Shown here: positions 49,008-59,737 of the stretch, one piece after another
Layout of the letters: the number at the start of each line of letters is the position of its first letter
How positions within the stretch are numbered: position 1 is the stretch's first letter
Assembly (NCBI GenBank): GCA_002922725.1
Contig: PNEW01000003.1
Location: 1 to 63,627 of the forward strand
Direction of reading: 5' to 3'
DNA from: Verrucomicrobia bacterium Opi.OSU.00C
Lineage (GTDB): Bacteria; Verrucomicrobiota; Verrucomicrobiia; Opitutales; PNEW01
DNA: 63,627 nt
Position numbers and translations under genes: made by a program
The notes under the pieces: model-generated
Told to the model about the DNA's origin: nothing
Seen by the model: only the letters and a program-made list of their open reading frames with translations
Database searches by the model: none

Positions 49008-50660
49008 TCAACTGATAAAACGCTGAACAATAGGAATACGGCGACCTACACCAAACGCAAGAGGTGTGATTTTTAAACCCGGGGCGGATTGCTTTCGTTT
49101 GTATTCATTCAGGTCTACTTTACGAATAACATCTTTAACAATGGATTCATTGAAGCCAGAAGTTATTATTTGGTCTGAAGATTTGCCTTCTTCAACATAG
49201 AGTTCTAGTATCTGATCAAGGATCTCGTAGGGAGGCAATGAATCTTCATCTTTTTGATCTGGTCTTAATTCAGCCGACGGTGCTTTTTCTATTGAACTCC
49301 AAGGTATAAGTTCTTTTTCCCTATTCATCCAACGTGCTAAAGCATAGACCTTAACTTTAGGTAAATCTGAAATAACTGCTAATCCACCCGCCATATCACC
49401 ATATAAGGTACAGTAGCCTACCGCTAATTCACTTTTATTTCCTGTTGTGAGAAGTAGCGAACCAAATTTATTTGATATTGCCATAAGCAATACGCCACGA
49501 CTTCGCGCCTGAATGTTCTCTTCTGTGATATCTCGTTTAGCCCCTTCAAAAATAGGTTTGAGTGCTTTTTCTGATGCTTTTACTAACTCAACTATTGGAA
49601 GTTGCTGGTAAGTTATGTCGAGTTGCTTTGCAAGTCTTGCTGCATCATCCTTACTATGTTGGCTAGAAATAGATGAGGGTAAACTAATTCCAATTACATT
49701 TTCACTACCCAATGCGTCTACCGCGATCGCTGCTGTAACAGCAGAGTCAATCCCTCCACTCAACCCAAGAACAGCTTTCTTGAATCCACTTTTGTGTGCA
49801 TAATCGCGTAAACCCAATGTAAGTGCATCGTGGATGGATTCCATTTCGTTTTGGTAAGAACTAGCAGCTTCGGTTTCAATTTCTGATGAGATGACCCGAA
49901 GCTCTTCTTTAAAACTTTCAAGCCTACTAATTATTTTACCGTCAGGTGTGGCAGCGAGGCTATTCCCATCAAAAATAAGTTCATCGTTACCTCCTATGGC
50001 ATTACAATAAAATACTGGACAGCCACAGCGCTTGGCAGCAGCTTTAACCAATTTTTCACGAACATAACTTTTACCGTTATGCCAAGGGCTGGATGAGAGA
50101 TTAAGAAGAATATCAATGTTTTTTCCTGCAAGGTGCTCCACAGGATCTTGGTTGTATCGTTTTCCGGTATGAATGTTGCAACTTGTCCAGATATCCTCGC
50201 AAATTGTGATTCCTAACTTTAACCCTTTATAATTTATTATTTGTGGCATATTTGAAGACTCAAAATAACGGTCTTCATCAAATACATCATAGGTTGGTAA
50301 CAAGCATTTGTTAACCGATAGCTTTACTTTGCCACCTTCACACCAGGCCGCGGCATTATAAAAGGGACGTCCTTTCATTCCCATATTTGGAGCGACATAA
50401 CCTATAAGTGCTGGAATATCACTCGTTTCCGCAGCAATTTTATGGAGCGAAGCTACATTATCGGGAACAAAACGGCTTTTAAAAAGCAAATCGCGTGGAG
50501 GGTATCCAGTAATTACTAACTCGGGAAAGAGAACAAGCTCAGCCCCACTTTCGCAAAGCTTCCTATAAGCGACAATTATTTTATGTCGATTACTGACAAT
50601 ATCTCCTACTGTCGTATTAATCTGCGCAAGTCCTATCTTCATTATTAGTAATTTATACAA
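49008..50660 (-). CDS. nadE: Glutamine-dependent NAD+ synthetase (nitrilase domain + NAD synthetase domain)
   Basis: 550 aa. N-terminal C-N hydrolase domain ([13 protein letters not shown]...FPEL...ITICEDIW) and C-terminal [12 protein letters not shown]-loop. The true start may be the Met at 50642. Confidence 0.9.
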   Translation of the reverse strand: MYKLLIMKIGLAQINTTVGDIVSNRHKIIVAYRKLCESGAELVLFPELVITGYPPRDLLFKSRFVPDNVASLHKIAAETSDIPALIGYVAPNMGMKGRPFYNAAAWCEGGKVKLSVNKCLLPTYDVFDEDRYFESSNMPQIINYKGLKLGITICEDIWTSCNIHTGKRYNQDPVEHLAGKNIDILLNLSSSPWHNGKSYVREKLVKAAAKRCGCPVFYCNAIGGNDELIFDGNSLAATPDGKIISRLESFKEELRVISSEIETEAASSYQNEMESIHDALTLGLRDYAHKSGFKKAVLGLSGGIDSAVTAAIAVDALGSENVIGISLPSSISSQHSKDDAARLAKQLDITYQQLPIVELVKASEKALKPIFEGAKRDITEENIQARSRGVLLMAISNKFGSLLLTTGNKSELAVGYCTLYGDMAGGLAVISDLPKVKVYALARWMNREKELIPWSSIEKAPSAELRPDQKDEDSLPPYEILDQILELYVEEGKSSDQIITSGFNESIVKDVIRKVDLNEYKRKQSAPGLKITPLAFGVGRRIPIVQRFIS

Positions 50661-50710
50661 ATAGAATTGTCATTAGAAAAAATTGGTTCTTCTTTAAATA
50701 AGAAAGTATT

Positions 50711-52102
50711 ATGAGGTTGTTTTTATCAGCGTACTATACAATGAGATTTATTATAAATTTATATCAAGGTTACTCTCATAATCTTTGGCGAAACCTCAAG
50801 ACAAAGATTTTGCATATTATTTTATTATTAGTCTGTTTCTTGCTAAGAATAGTAGTAAATGCAGAAATCGTTTCTTTATCCCTTTCTCAGGCTTTAGACA
50901 TAATTGAAAGTGAAAATTTACAGGTTTTAATCAAACGACAGGTAGTTGAGGAGGCCTTGCAAAGATCATTTATTGAACGGTCAAAACTATTACCTTCAGT
51001 TAATCTGGAAAGTTTTCAACTACGTACGCAATTTGTGAATGTTGGAAGGGGTTTTGATTTTCCTTCGCCCCCTCCTGTTAATCGTTTTGATGCGAAACTG
51101 GTAGGGGAAGTTCCTGTTTTTAACTATAATAAATATTCCAGTTATAGATTAGCTAAATATCAACATGAAATTTCTAAGCTAAATTACAATAGCGTTCTGG
51201 AAGATATTCTCGAAGCTACTACTAACGCCTATCTTACGCATTTACGCAACCTAAAAAGAATTGATGTAATTGATGCCAATATTATTCGTGATCGTATCCT
51301 TTTAGAGCTTGCTAAAAATCAATTCCAAGCGGGGGTGGCAACAAGGATTGATGTCACGCGGGCAGAAGTGCAGATTGCGACCGATGAAAAAGAGAGATTG
51401 CAACAAGAGACATTGATTTTAGAGAGCGGACTTCAACTTAAACGTTTGCTAAAACTTGATCTTGAAGCTGATTTAACGCTTAAAGATATTAAATTGAAAA
51501 GCCCTGACCGGGGCCATACCTTGATCTATGATTTTGATAATATTCTTAATATGCGGCCTGATTTTGTACAAGCTTCACTTGAGCTGACTCGTGATCGATA
51601 TGCAAAAAAAGCTGCTCAACTGGAAAGGTTGCCATCGATAGAGTTATTTGGTGAAATCGGCTATGTTACAGAAGAAATTTTTGATGGGAATGAAGATGAT
51701 GCATGGGTTATAGGTGTTTTTATTTCACTTCCTATATTTGAGGGATTACGTTTACGTTCTAATAAGCTTCAGGCAATTGCCTCAGTACGAAACCAGGAAT
51801 TAGCTCTTGAGAATTTGAAATTGGAAATCAATTCAGAATATTTACTGGCGAGTCAGGATGCCCGTTCGCGTTACAAACAGATCGATATCGTTCGTAAAAA
51901 AATGGTATTAAGTGAGGAAGAACTAGATTTAGCGCGTAAACGTTTTGCAGAGGGTGTGTCTGATAATCGTGATGTCACAGATGCACAAGCAGCCCTAGCA
52001 GCAGCTAATGATGAACTCGTCGAAGCAGTATACTTTTATAACCTTAGTCGTCTTGAATTAGCTCGCTCCCGAGGTGGTGTGAGATTGTTATTCAGTGAAT
52101 AA
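50711..52102 (+). CDS. TolC-family outer-membrane efflux protein
   Basis: 463 aa with a signal/TM-like N-terminus. Two OEP repeats with the coiled-coil pattern (LLPSVNLESFQL..., AGVATRIDVTRAE..., GVSDNRDVTDAQAALAAANDELVEA). Confidence 0.82.
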   Translation: MRLFLSAYYTMRFIINLYQGYSHNLWRNLKTKILHIILLLVCFLLRIVVNAEIVSLSLSQALDIIESENLQVLIKRQVVEEALQRSFIERSKLLPSVNLESFQLRTQFVNVGRGFDFPSPPPVNRFDAKLVGEVPVFNYNKYSSYRLAKYQHEISKLNYNSVLEDILEATTNAYLTHLRNLKRIDVIDANIIRDRILLELAKNQFQAGVATRIDVTRAEVQIATDEKERLQQETLILESGLQLKRLLKLDLEADLTLKDIKLKSPDRGHTLIYDFDNILNMRPDFVQASLELTRDRYAKKAAQLERLPSIELFGEIGYVTEEIFDGNEDDAWVIGVFISLPIFEGLRLRSNKLQAIASVRNQELALENLKLEINSEYLLASQDARSRYKQIDIVRKKMVLSEEELDLARKRFAEGVSDNRDVTDAQAALAAANDELVEAVYFYNLSRLELARSRGGVRLLFSE

Positions 52103-52241
52103 AGTATATGTCGTAGAAGACGAATATGTTGATTGAGATTAGTTAATAATTTGATTTTAACCTACAATAAGTCTTTTAAACTGTAGAATTATCTTATTTC
52201 ATAACCAAACCTTTAGAAACCTTGCCTTTAGAATTAATAAA

Positions 52242-53408
52242 ATGACTGTTGTTTTGCAGTCTATAGAAAAGAAAGTCCCTAAATCAAAAAAAGGTGATTT
52301 GGGGTTAAAATATTTCCAGGATCACGAATCGGTATTGTCCAGTTTTATTCTCACAATTATAATTCATTTTTTAGTTTATTTTACAATTCCTAAAGCTATT
52401 ACCACCGTTTCTGTACAAAAACGTGAAAAGGTAAATGAAGTGGAGTATGTTTACCAAGATATTGAAAAGGAATCAAAACCGGAGCAGAAGAGATTTGTGG
52501 AAGCTAATCCTGATGTACCGATAAATCTACCCGATAATACATTAAATATTGCAGCCCGTGATCAACAGGCAGCTCAGGAGAAAACAGCGAAAATAATTAA
52601 TAATGAAACACCTTATCTCGATGGTGAGGAAGAATTGTCACCAAAAATTCTGGTAGGGGAATATATCCCACAATCACAATCAGCAATTGAAGTCCCAAAG
52701 CAGCCAATAAGTGTTCAAGGTGCCATAAAAACCGGTGCATCCTTCATAGATGAGGGTGTAGTCTTTGCTTTACCAGAACCCCAGCCTATACCCTATTTTA
52801 TAGATCGTGAAGCAGATGCAGAAGAAGGAATGGCAAGCATCCTTGATCCCGATGAAGCTGAAGATCCTATTGAACATACTATAGATCGATTACCGCTTGC
52901 GATCAATCTCAACTCCAACAATGTTGAAGGTGAAATTGTCCGTAATCATAATAATCAGATCCAGTCTACGGATACACAGCCTCAAATGGAACCTCAACTT
53001 CCAAAACCACGACCTCGCCTTTCGTCTGATGTTTTACCAGGGCCTACGATGAAGTCTATGTCAGGCGTGTCTGGTTTGGGGATGATTGCCATTGAATCCA
53101 AATTTAGTGAATTTGGAGATTACCTTCAACGGATGTATGAAGCTATTGGTTATCAATGGTTGTTGCTGGCCAATCAGACCCGTCGCGCTTCTGCCCAGAT
53201 TTCTTCACGTGTTATTCTAAAATTTATAATATTTAATAGAGGAGACATTGAGAATCTAGAGGTTGTTCATTCTACTGCAGGTCAGGCGGCTACAATTATT
53301 TGCAAAGATGCCGTACAATCCCGTTCTCCTTTTGGGGTGTGGACAGATGAAATGGTTAGGACGCTAGGTCAAGAGCAGATAATTCGTGTAACTTTTATTT
53401 ATCAATGA
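52242..53408 (+). CDS. Membrane-anchored protein with acidic/Pro-rich linker and TonB_C-like C-terminal domain (function unknown)
   Basis: 388 aa. One TM helix (FILTIIIHFLVYFTI), a long E/P/Q-rich spacer, and a C-terminal ~90 aa (YLQRMYEAIGYQW...VILKFIIFNRGDIENLEVVHSTAGQAATIICKDAV) with TonB-C-like beta-alpha-beta spacing. Assigned by eye. Confidence 0.5.
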   Translation: MTVVLQSIEKKVPKSKKGDLGLKYFQDHESVLSSFILTIIIHFLVYFTIPKAITTVSVQKREKVNEVEYVYQDIEKESKPEQKRFVEANPDVPINLPDNTLNIAARDQQAAQEKTAKIINNETPYLDGEEELSPKILVGEYIPQSQSAIEVPKQPISVQGAIKTGASFIDEGVVFALPEPQPIPYFIDREADAEEGMASILDPDEAEDPIEHTIDRLPLAINLNSNNVEGEIVRNHNNQIQSTDTQPQMEPQLPKPRPRLSSDVLPGPTMKSMSGVSGLGMIAIESKFSEFGDYLQRMYEAIGYQWLLLANQTRRASAQISSRVILKFIIFNRGDIENLEVVHSTAGQAATIICKDAVQSRSPFGVWTDEMVRTLGQEQIIRVTFIYQ

Positions 53409-54178
53409 ATGTCTCTGAAAAAAACAATACACTTGATATTCCTCTAGGACGAGGGGTAACTGTAGTCCAATCTCACACTTCGGGTTTGTTCGCTTTCAAC
53501 AAGCCTACAGGCGTTCGTGCACATCCCAATTCTACTGTAATGGATGAACGGGCACTGCTAAACTGTCATTATAATAAGGAGCTTCAATTTTACTATTGGG
53601 TTTTACCTGATGGTCGTGAAAAGAAACTCTATTTATTAAACCGGCTTGATTCTCCCACATCAGGTTTGATCGTTGGGTCGATATCTCTTGAATTTGCGGA
53701 AAAAGTGAAGAAACGTTTTGTTAATAAAGAGGTAGAAAAAATTTACCATGCGATAGTATTTCGTGGAGATAGGGTAAAACATGAAACTTGGCGGGACAAG
53801 TTAAAGGTTGTAAGAGAAAACGAAAGATTGCGCACAGAGATTAATTCAACTCATGGGAAATATGCGCTTACCCATGCTCGACGAATATATCTATTGCCGG
53901 GTTATCTAAAATGTGCGCTTATGGAGTTACGTTCTATTACCGGGAAAACGCATCAACTTCGTGTTCAATGTGCTAAAAGAAATTTGCCTATCGTTGGCGA
54001 TAACACTTATGGGGACTTTCAATTGAATCGGGAGATACGAAAGTCTACTGGTTATAAACGCCTTTTTCTCCATGCAAGCCATATTCGTATTCCACTAAAT
54101 GATGTTGGTCGCAGAGTGTACTTTGAAGCTAATTTACCTATCCCAACTGAATTTCATAAATTGTTAATTAATAACTAG
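53405..54178 (+). CDS. RluA-family pseudouridine synthase
   Basis: 257 aa. Catalytic motif LNRLDSPTSGLIV and TGKTHQLRVQCA. The start overlaps the upstream stop (ATGA). Confidence 0.88.
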   Translation: MNVSEKNNTLDIPLGRGVTVVQSHTSGLFAFNKPTGVRAHPNSTVMDERALLNCHYNKELQFYYWVLPDGREKKLYLLNRLDSPTSGLIVGSISLEFAEKVKKRFVNKEVEKIYHAIVFRGDRVKHETWRDKLKVVRENERLRTEINSTHGKYALTHARRIYLLPGYLKCALMELRSITGKTHQLRVQCAKRNLPIVGDNTYGDFQLNREIRKSTGYKRLFLHASHIRIPLNDVGRRVYFEANLPIPTEFHKLLINN

Positions 54179-54643
54179 TCTATATCTTATTTTTTTAAAA
54201 AATGGATACCTACATTATATAAATTTAACGAATAACAGCTACAGCTTTAAAAACAAGTTGATAGTGGGTACACGTAAACCTAATATTCAAATCCTTTTTA
54301 GATCTCATAAAACTTTTACTCAATCATTACTAAAAGATGTCGTGAACTAATTATTAGTTACCTATATAAACTTAAGTATAGCTACCACTTTTTTCTCATG
54401 GAGTCAGGTTCTTTGTTAATGGATGCCCAGCTAAATCTAACCGAAGATAGAAAGAATATGTGTCGATATAAATGAAGAGTAATATTTTTCAATTAAGTAT
54501 TAGGTATATCAACATCAATCTACAAAAGGGTATTGGTCATAATCCTATCCAAGTAACATGCCATCAATTAGCAGAAATTATTAAGGATCAACATCGTTTG
54601 TTAAATTTTCCTTTAAGATTCGCTTTAGAAGTTCAATTTTCTA

Positions 54644-55204
54644 ATGTCTAATTATATTAGTTTTAAAAACTCGTTTTGTTATACTCTGTTTTCCCGCAAG
54701 TATAAGCAGTTTTATTGTATAAATTTGATTATATGCACACTTCTTGTTTCAGGGTGTGGGAAAAACCCCATGCCAATTGCAACTCAAGAGGTTTGGAAAG
54801 TAGTTAGGCACGAGAGTGGGAAATATAATATTGAGCCATCTTTCATTTTTGCGATTGCTTTCGCAGAAAGCAGGTTCGATGCCCACGCGAATTCTCGTCA
54901 TGCACGAGGGATAATGCAATTAAGCAAAACTGCGTGGAGGGAGGTCAGTGACCTACCTTATCGTAAAGCTTGGAATTGGCGTAAAAACATTGAGGTTGGG
55001 ACAAAGTATTTAGCTTACAATCGCAAATTATTGCAAAAACATCGACATTTCAATTACCCCCTTCTCGCTGCTTCTTATCGGTATGGCTTTTATGCAGTTA
55101 AAAAGAACCAGTTTAATATTCAAAAGTTAAAAAGTCCAAAAAACAAAATCTATCAACAACTATTTAATGGTACAATAGATCCCGTTACTATACCCGATGT
55201 GTGA
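54644..55204 (+). CDS. Lytic transglycosylase (SLT domain) lipoprotein
   Basis: 186 aa. Lipobox LLVSGCG, catalytic Glu motif AIAFAESRFD and GIMQL. Confidence 0.8.
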   Translation: MSNYISFKNSFCYTLFSRKYKQFYCINLIICTLLVSGCGKNPMPIATQEVWKVVRHESGKYNIEPSFIFAIAFAESRFDAHANSRHARGIMQLSKTAWREVSDLPYRKAWNWRKNIEVGTKYLAYNRKLLQKHRHFNYPLLAASYRYGFYAVKKNQFNIQKLKSPKNKIYQQLFNGTIDPVTIPDV

Positions 55205-55431
55205 GTTTTATGTTGGTTTTCACTCCTTTAAGCTATGTATATAATAAATGTGAGTGGAACGTGGTACCCCAACCGATATAGCATTTGAAGTAATTAAACA
55301 AGCGTGTTAGGTACAGTCATCTTTGGTTTATTTATCTACGTTAGTCACATTGCCTATTTTTCTTTGAGTTAAATTATATAGGGGACAATAAATTAACTTT
55401 TAACTCAGAACGAAGACAAGGCTCTGGTAAT

Positions 55432-57312
55432 TTAAAACAAATTTTGCTGACTGTATTCTTCATCTATATTATTTGATTTCTTATGTTTCATCATATGACG
55501 ACGAATTAAATTATGACTGAAATCATCAGATTCCAGTTTTTGTAGGATGGTTTTAGCCCGTTTAATTACACTTTGTGGTAAGCCAGCTAATCTCGCTACC
55601 TGTATCCCATAACTACGATCGGATGCGCCACGTATTACCTGACGCATAAATATAATTTCATCATCCCATTCTTTTACTGCAACACAGTAATTGTTAACAC
55701 GCGCAAGTTGTTGTTCCAGTTGTGTCAGTTCATGATAATGTGTAGCAAAAAGGGTACGAGGACCTCGATTCTTATTTTCGTGAAGATGTTCAACAACAGC
55801 CCATGCAATACTTAACCCATCATAGGTACTGGTCCCTCGACCGATTTCATCAAGAATGATAAGACTTTTGTCAGTGGCATTATTAAGAATGTTTGCTGTT
55901 TCATTCATTTCTACCATGAAGGTGGAATTACCTTGTGATAATTCATCATTCGCCCCCACACGGGAAAAAATTCGATCAACCATGCCAATCCGGCAACGTT
56001 TAGCTGGAATCCAGGAGCCAATCTGGGCCATAAGAACAAGGAGAGCTACTTGTCGGATGTAAGTTGATTTACCTGCCATATTGGGCCCTGTGATTAACCC
56101 TATCTGTTCACTGCTTGCGCTTAAGCTTGTGTCATTGGGGACGAAGGAACGAGTTCCTGCTAATCCGTAGCGATCATTTTTCATCATTTGTTCTACGACC
56201 GGATGACGACCTTCTTCTATAAATAGTATATCAGTGTTATCTATAACGGGGCATTTGTAATCCCATTTGCGTGCAATTTTTGCCCATCCCAAAAAGAGAT
56301 CAGTTCTTGCAAGTGTATCGGCAGTTGATTTGAGTCTATCAACATTGGCTAATACCTGAGCTACTAGTTCACGAAAAAGGAGTTCTTCTCGGGCAATGCT
56401 TTTTTCTTCCGCATGGAGGATTTCTTTTTCTTTTTCTTTTAGATCTGGTGTATAATAACGCTCAGCATTTGTCATCGTTTGTTTTCGTATATAATCATCT
56501 GGAACCAGATGGATATTTGATTTTGTAACTTCGATAAAATAACCAAATGCATTGTTATATTTAATACGAAGATTCTTTATCCCAGACCGTTTCTTCTCGC
56601 TAATTTCAAGTTCATTAATCCAGATCTTGTTGTCTCTTGAAAGAAGTCGTAAATGATCTAATTCATCGTCATATTGATCACGAATAAAGTTTCCATCTTG
56701 AAGTTGGTTAGGGAGCGTATCAACTAATGATTTATTAAGGAGATTTCTAAGTTCTGGAAAATCTTCAATATTTTCGCTTAGTTTATTTATATTAGGACCT
56801 TTAAATTTCTTAAGCGCACGAATGATGAGCGGGAGTTGTTGTAAGGTATCACGAATGCCACCAAGTTCACGAGGGTTTCGCAAACGATTCTGCAATCGAC
56901 CGATGATTCTCGTGACATCACGAATGCACTTGAGGTAGTCATGTAATTCTGAGCTTATACTGGGAACTTCTAGAAATTCACCCACACAGAGTTGACGTTT
57001 TTTAATTTCACACAAATCAAGAATAGGTTCTGCAAGGTAGAGTTCGAGAAGTCTTGAACCGGCAGCCGTAACTGTAGCATCCATGACTGCAATAAGTGAT
57101 CCATCACGGGTATTATTAGTTGTGCGGAATACTTCCAAATTTCGCAATGTTGCAGGATCAAGTAATAAGGAACGAGTGCTTCTATATTCGCGAATCAAGG
57201 TTAAGTTTGCCGGTTTTGCGCAAAGATTTTCTGTAACATAATAGATAAGTGCACCTGCCGCTCCAAGGGCCGGGTGATCTCGTTTTAAACCAAAACCCTC
57301 AAGATTAAGCAC
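55432..57312 (-). pseudogene. mutS: DNA mismatch repair protein MutS, C-terminal 3/4 (connector, core, clamp and ATPase domains); fragment of a frameshifted gene
   Basis: 626 aa. Walker A GPNMAGKST, DEIGRGTSTYDG and FATHYHEL. The frame is open upstream to 57337 and joins the N-terminal fragment if one A of the A6 run is removed. Confidence 0.9.
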
Positions 57313-57322
57313 TCCTAAGGTT

Positions 57323-57982
57323 TCAGTGACTGTTTTTTACCCCTGTGGATTGTTCGAAATGATAATCAGGTATTTCATTTAAGGGGTTTATTTCACAGAA
57401 ATTAATTAAAGGTTGAATACAAGATAAAAGTCGATTTTGTTTCGAGAATAATTCACGACAGCTTTCTGGAATTATTATTTCTCGAGGTTCTATGCTTGTA
57501 AAAAGAGGAAGTAGATTGTCTGGGTTTTGATCGGTGGTAATTTGGAAATCACCGGTTGTTAGATCTAACCATGCAGCGTGAATTGAATCATTAAATAGGT
57601 AAAAGGAAAGTATATAGTGGTTTTTACACGCATCGATTTGATGATCTTCAATTATCGTTCCAGGTGTGAGAATTCGTGTGAGTGCGCGTTTAACAATTTT
57701 CCCTGGATGTGATGATTCCATCTGATCGCAGATCGCAACTTTTATGCCTGCTGAGAGTATTTTACTAATATAATTATCAGCAGCATGGTAGGGTATTCCT
57801 GCCATGGGTTGCTTATGGCGAGCAGTTAAGGTGATACCGAGTATTTCAGCTCCCTTTTTCGCATCTTCATCAAACATCTCATAGAAATCACCTAGGCGAA
57901 AAAGCAGCAACGTATTTGGAGGTAAGTTATCACGAATACCCAAGTACTGTTGCATCATTGGAGTTAGTGTTTTTTTCGCCAT
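57323..57982 (-). pseudogene. mutS: DNA mismatch repair protein MutS, N-terminal mismatch-binding domain fragment
   Basis: 219 aa. TPMMQQYLGIRDNLPPNTLLLFRLGDFYEMFDEDA (Phe-X-Glu mismatch motif GDFYE). Ends FEQSTGVKNSH-TGA just after the A6 run (T6 on the + strand, 57333..57338). Confidence 0.9.
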
Positions 57983-58172
57983 TTGTATGCTTAGTGAGGA
58001 TCAAAAAGTCAAAAGGATGCTTACTTAGTTTATGTATTAGATAAAAAAGAAGGTTATAAACTCAATAACGAAACCCGCCAGTATCGATCACTGTCGAAGT
58101 AAGCCCAATCACCGATAATCTTCTTCCTCCTTTCTTAACTCTTTGCTTAGGTCCTTGAATTATGACTAAAAT

Positions 58173-59114
58173 TTATTTCGCCCAAATACGTAATGAATTT
58201 AAAAAAAAATATTCCATAGCCGTTCCTTCATTAAGATTAACTTCAAGGAGACCAGCACTGTGCTCAAGACAAGCAACCACCCGTGCTAATTGATGGGTTG
58301 GGAATGGTTCGGATCTTTTAATCGATTCGATTGCGAAATCTCTAGTAGTTATCTCAAGTTCAACAATAAATTTATGGCGGTGTCTCTTACGAATTCCAAT
58401 TTCATAGGCATCTTTTTCTTCATCACCAAAGTACTGATGTAAAATATCTTTTTTATTATTACCACCATTAGTATAGTTATTCTTTTTTAGAATACTTTGA
58501 TAACGGTCTATAAGTCCATATGCAGCTAAAACTAAATTGGCTTTATCTTGAACTGATCTCACTTCCTTTCTTAATTGCTCCAACCAATGGCGATAATCTT
58601 TAAGCCACAATTGCAACTCTGGATGTGTTGGGGTGTTTAATTGAGCGGGAATATGGAAATTAAAACAGCGGCTGCGAATAGTATCAAGTAGGGCATGAGG
58701 GCGAGTCGAAAGTAAAATGATCGTCGTGTTGGCAGGTGGTTCTTCCAATGTTTTGAGAAAAGCGTTAGCTGATTCACGATTCATTCGATCAGTTTCATAA
58801 ACAAGGATAACCTTATTTTTACTCTGACGGGGTGTATGCTGTATTTGTCTAATAAGTTCGCGGGTGTTATTAATGCGGATTTGTCTAGCCTTATGCGTGG
58901 GACGCAAGGTGAAAAAGTCGGGGTGAATAGTTACTTCACTTGTTGGTTTTAAGAGGACAGACGCTAGTGCTAAGCCGACATCTTCAAGTAGATCCAAATC
59001 ATTGCCGTGAAGTAGAATACCATGTGCAAGACGGCCCTTTTTGATTGATTGATCAAGAGCCATAATGGGTCGGCTTTTGCGCAAGGGTTCAGGTAAAGCG
59101 TTCGCTAAGCTCAT
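58173..59114 (-). CDS. holB: DNA polymerase III subunit delta'
   Basis: 313 aa. RLAHGILLHG, FLKTLEEPP and SRC sensor motif TIRSRCFNF. Overlaps the tmk 3' end by 26 nt. Confidence 0.85.
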   Translation of the reverse strand: MSLANALPEPLRKSRPIMALDQSIKKGRLAHGILLHGNDLDLLEDVGLALASVLLKPTSEVTIHPDFFTLRPTHKARQIRINNTRELIRQIQHTPRQSKNKVILVYETDRMNRESANAFLKTLEEPPANTTIILLSTRPHALLDTIRSRCFNFHIPAQLNTPTHPELQLWLKDYRHWLEQLRKEVRSVQDKANLVLAAYGLIDRYQSILKKNNYTNGGNNKKDILHQYFGDEEKDAYEIGIRKRHRHKFIVELEITTRDFAIESIKRSEPFPTHQLARVVACLEHSAGLLEVNLNEGTAMEYFFLNSLRIWAK

Positions 59115-59730
59115 TCCAAATTTGTTCTTCTAACTGCTTTGCTTGTTGAGTTCCATCTATGACCACAAATCTTTCAGGCATCTCTTTTGCGAGCATTAAA
59201 TAACCCTCTCGAATCTTGTGATAAAAACCAATGTTCTCTTCCTCCATACGATCAGGGAGGTCGGTGGCACGTTCTTTTATTCGTGAAAGGCCAATTTCTG
59301 CAGGGACATCCAGAATTACTGTAATATCGGGAATCAGATTACCTATAGCAAAAGTATTTATGATACTCACAGGCTCTGGAGCAATCTGTCTGCCTGCACC
59401 TTGATATACTGTCGTCGAATCAACAAAGCGATCGCAAAGTATAATTTTACCTTCCTTCAGATTTGGGAGAATAATTTCGCGTACAAGCTGTGCTCGACTT
59501 GCGGCAAAAAGTAATAATTCGGTTTCAGGACAGATGTTGGTCCCTTGAGATATATGTTTAAGTAAGTGGCGAATTTCTTCTCCAATCTCTGTGCCACCAG
59601 GTTCACGAGTAACGATTATATTGTAACCAGCATCTTGAAATCGAGACGCTATCCGACCTATCTGTGTGGTTTTTCCACTACCTTCTGACCCTTCAAATGT
59701 AATTAGTATCCCCCGATCTATATCTTTCAT
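59089..59730 (-). CDS. tmk: Thymidylate kinase
   Basis: 213 aa. P-loop FEGSEGSGKTTQ, TREPGGT and DRFVDST motifs. Confidence 0.93.
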   Translation of the reverse strand: MKDIDRGILITFEGSEGSGKTTQIGRIASRFQDAGYNIIVTREPGGTEIGEEIRHLLKHISQGTNICPETELLLFAASRAQLVREIILPNLKEGKIILCDRFVDSTTVYQGAGRQIAPEPVSIINTFAIGNLIPDITVILDVPAEIGLSRIKERATDLPDRMEEENIGFYHKIREGYLMLAKEMPERFVVIDGTQQAKQLEEQIWNELSERFT

Positions 59731-59737
59731 CTTAATA

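Noticed and set aside
57323-57345. Classical -1 programmed frameshift on the heptamer A_AAA_AAC in mutS
   Set aside because: The heptamer is in the right phase, but the downstream ORF lies in the +1 frame, not the -1 frame. The -1 frame hits TAG after five codons (QSLKP-stop). A6 is also short for efficient transcriptional slippage.
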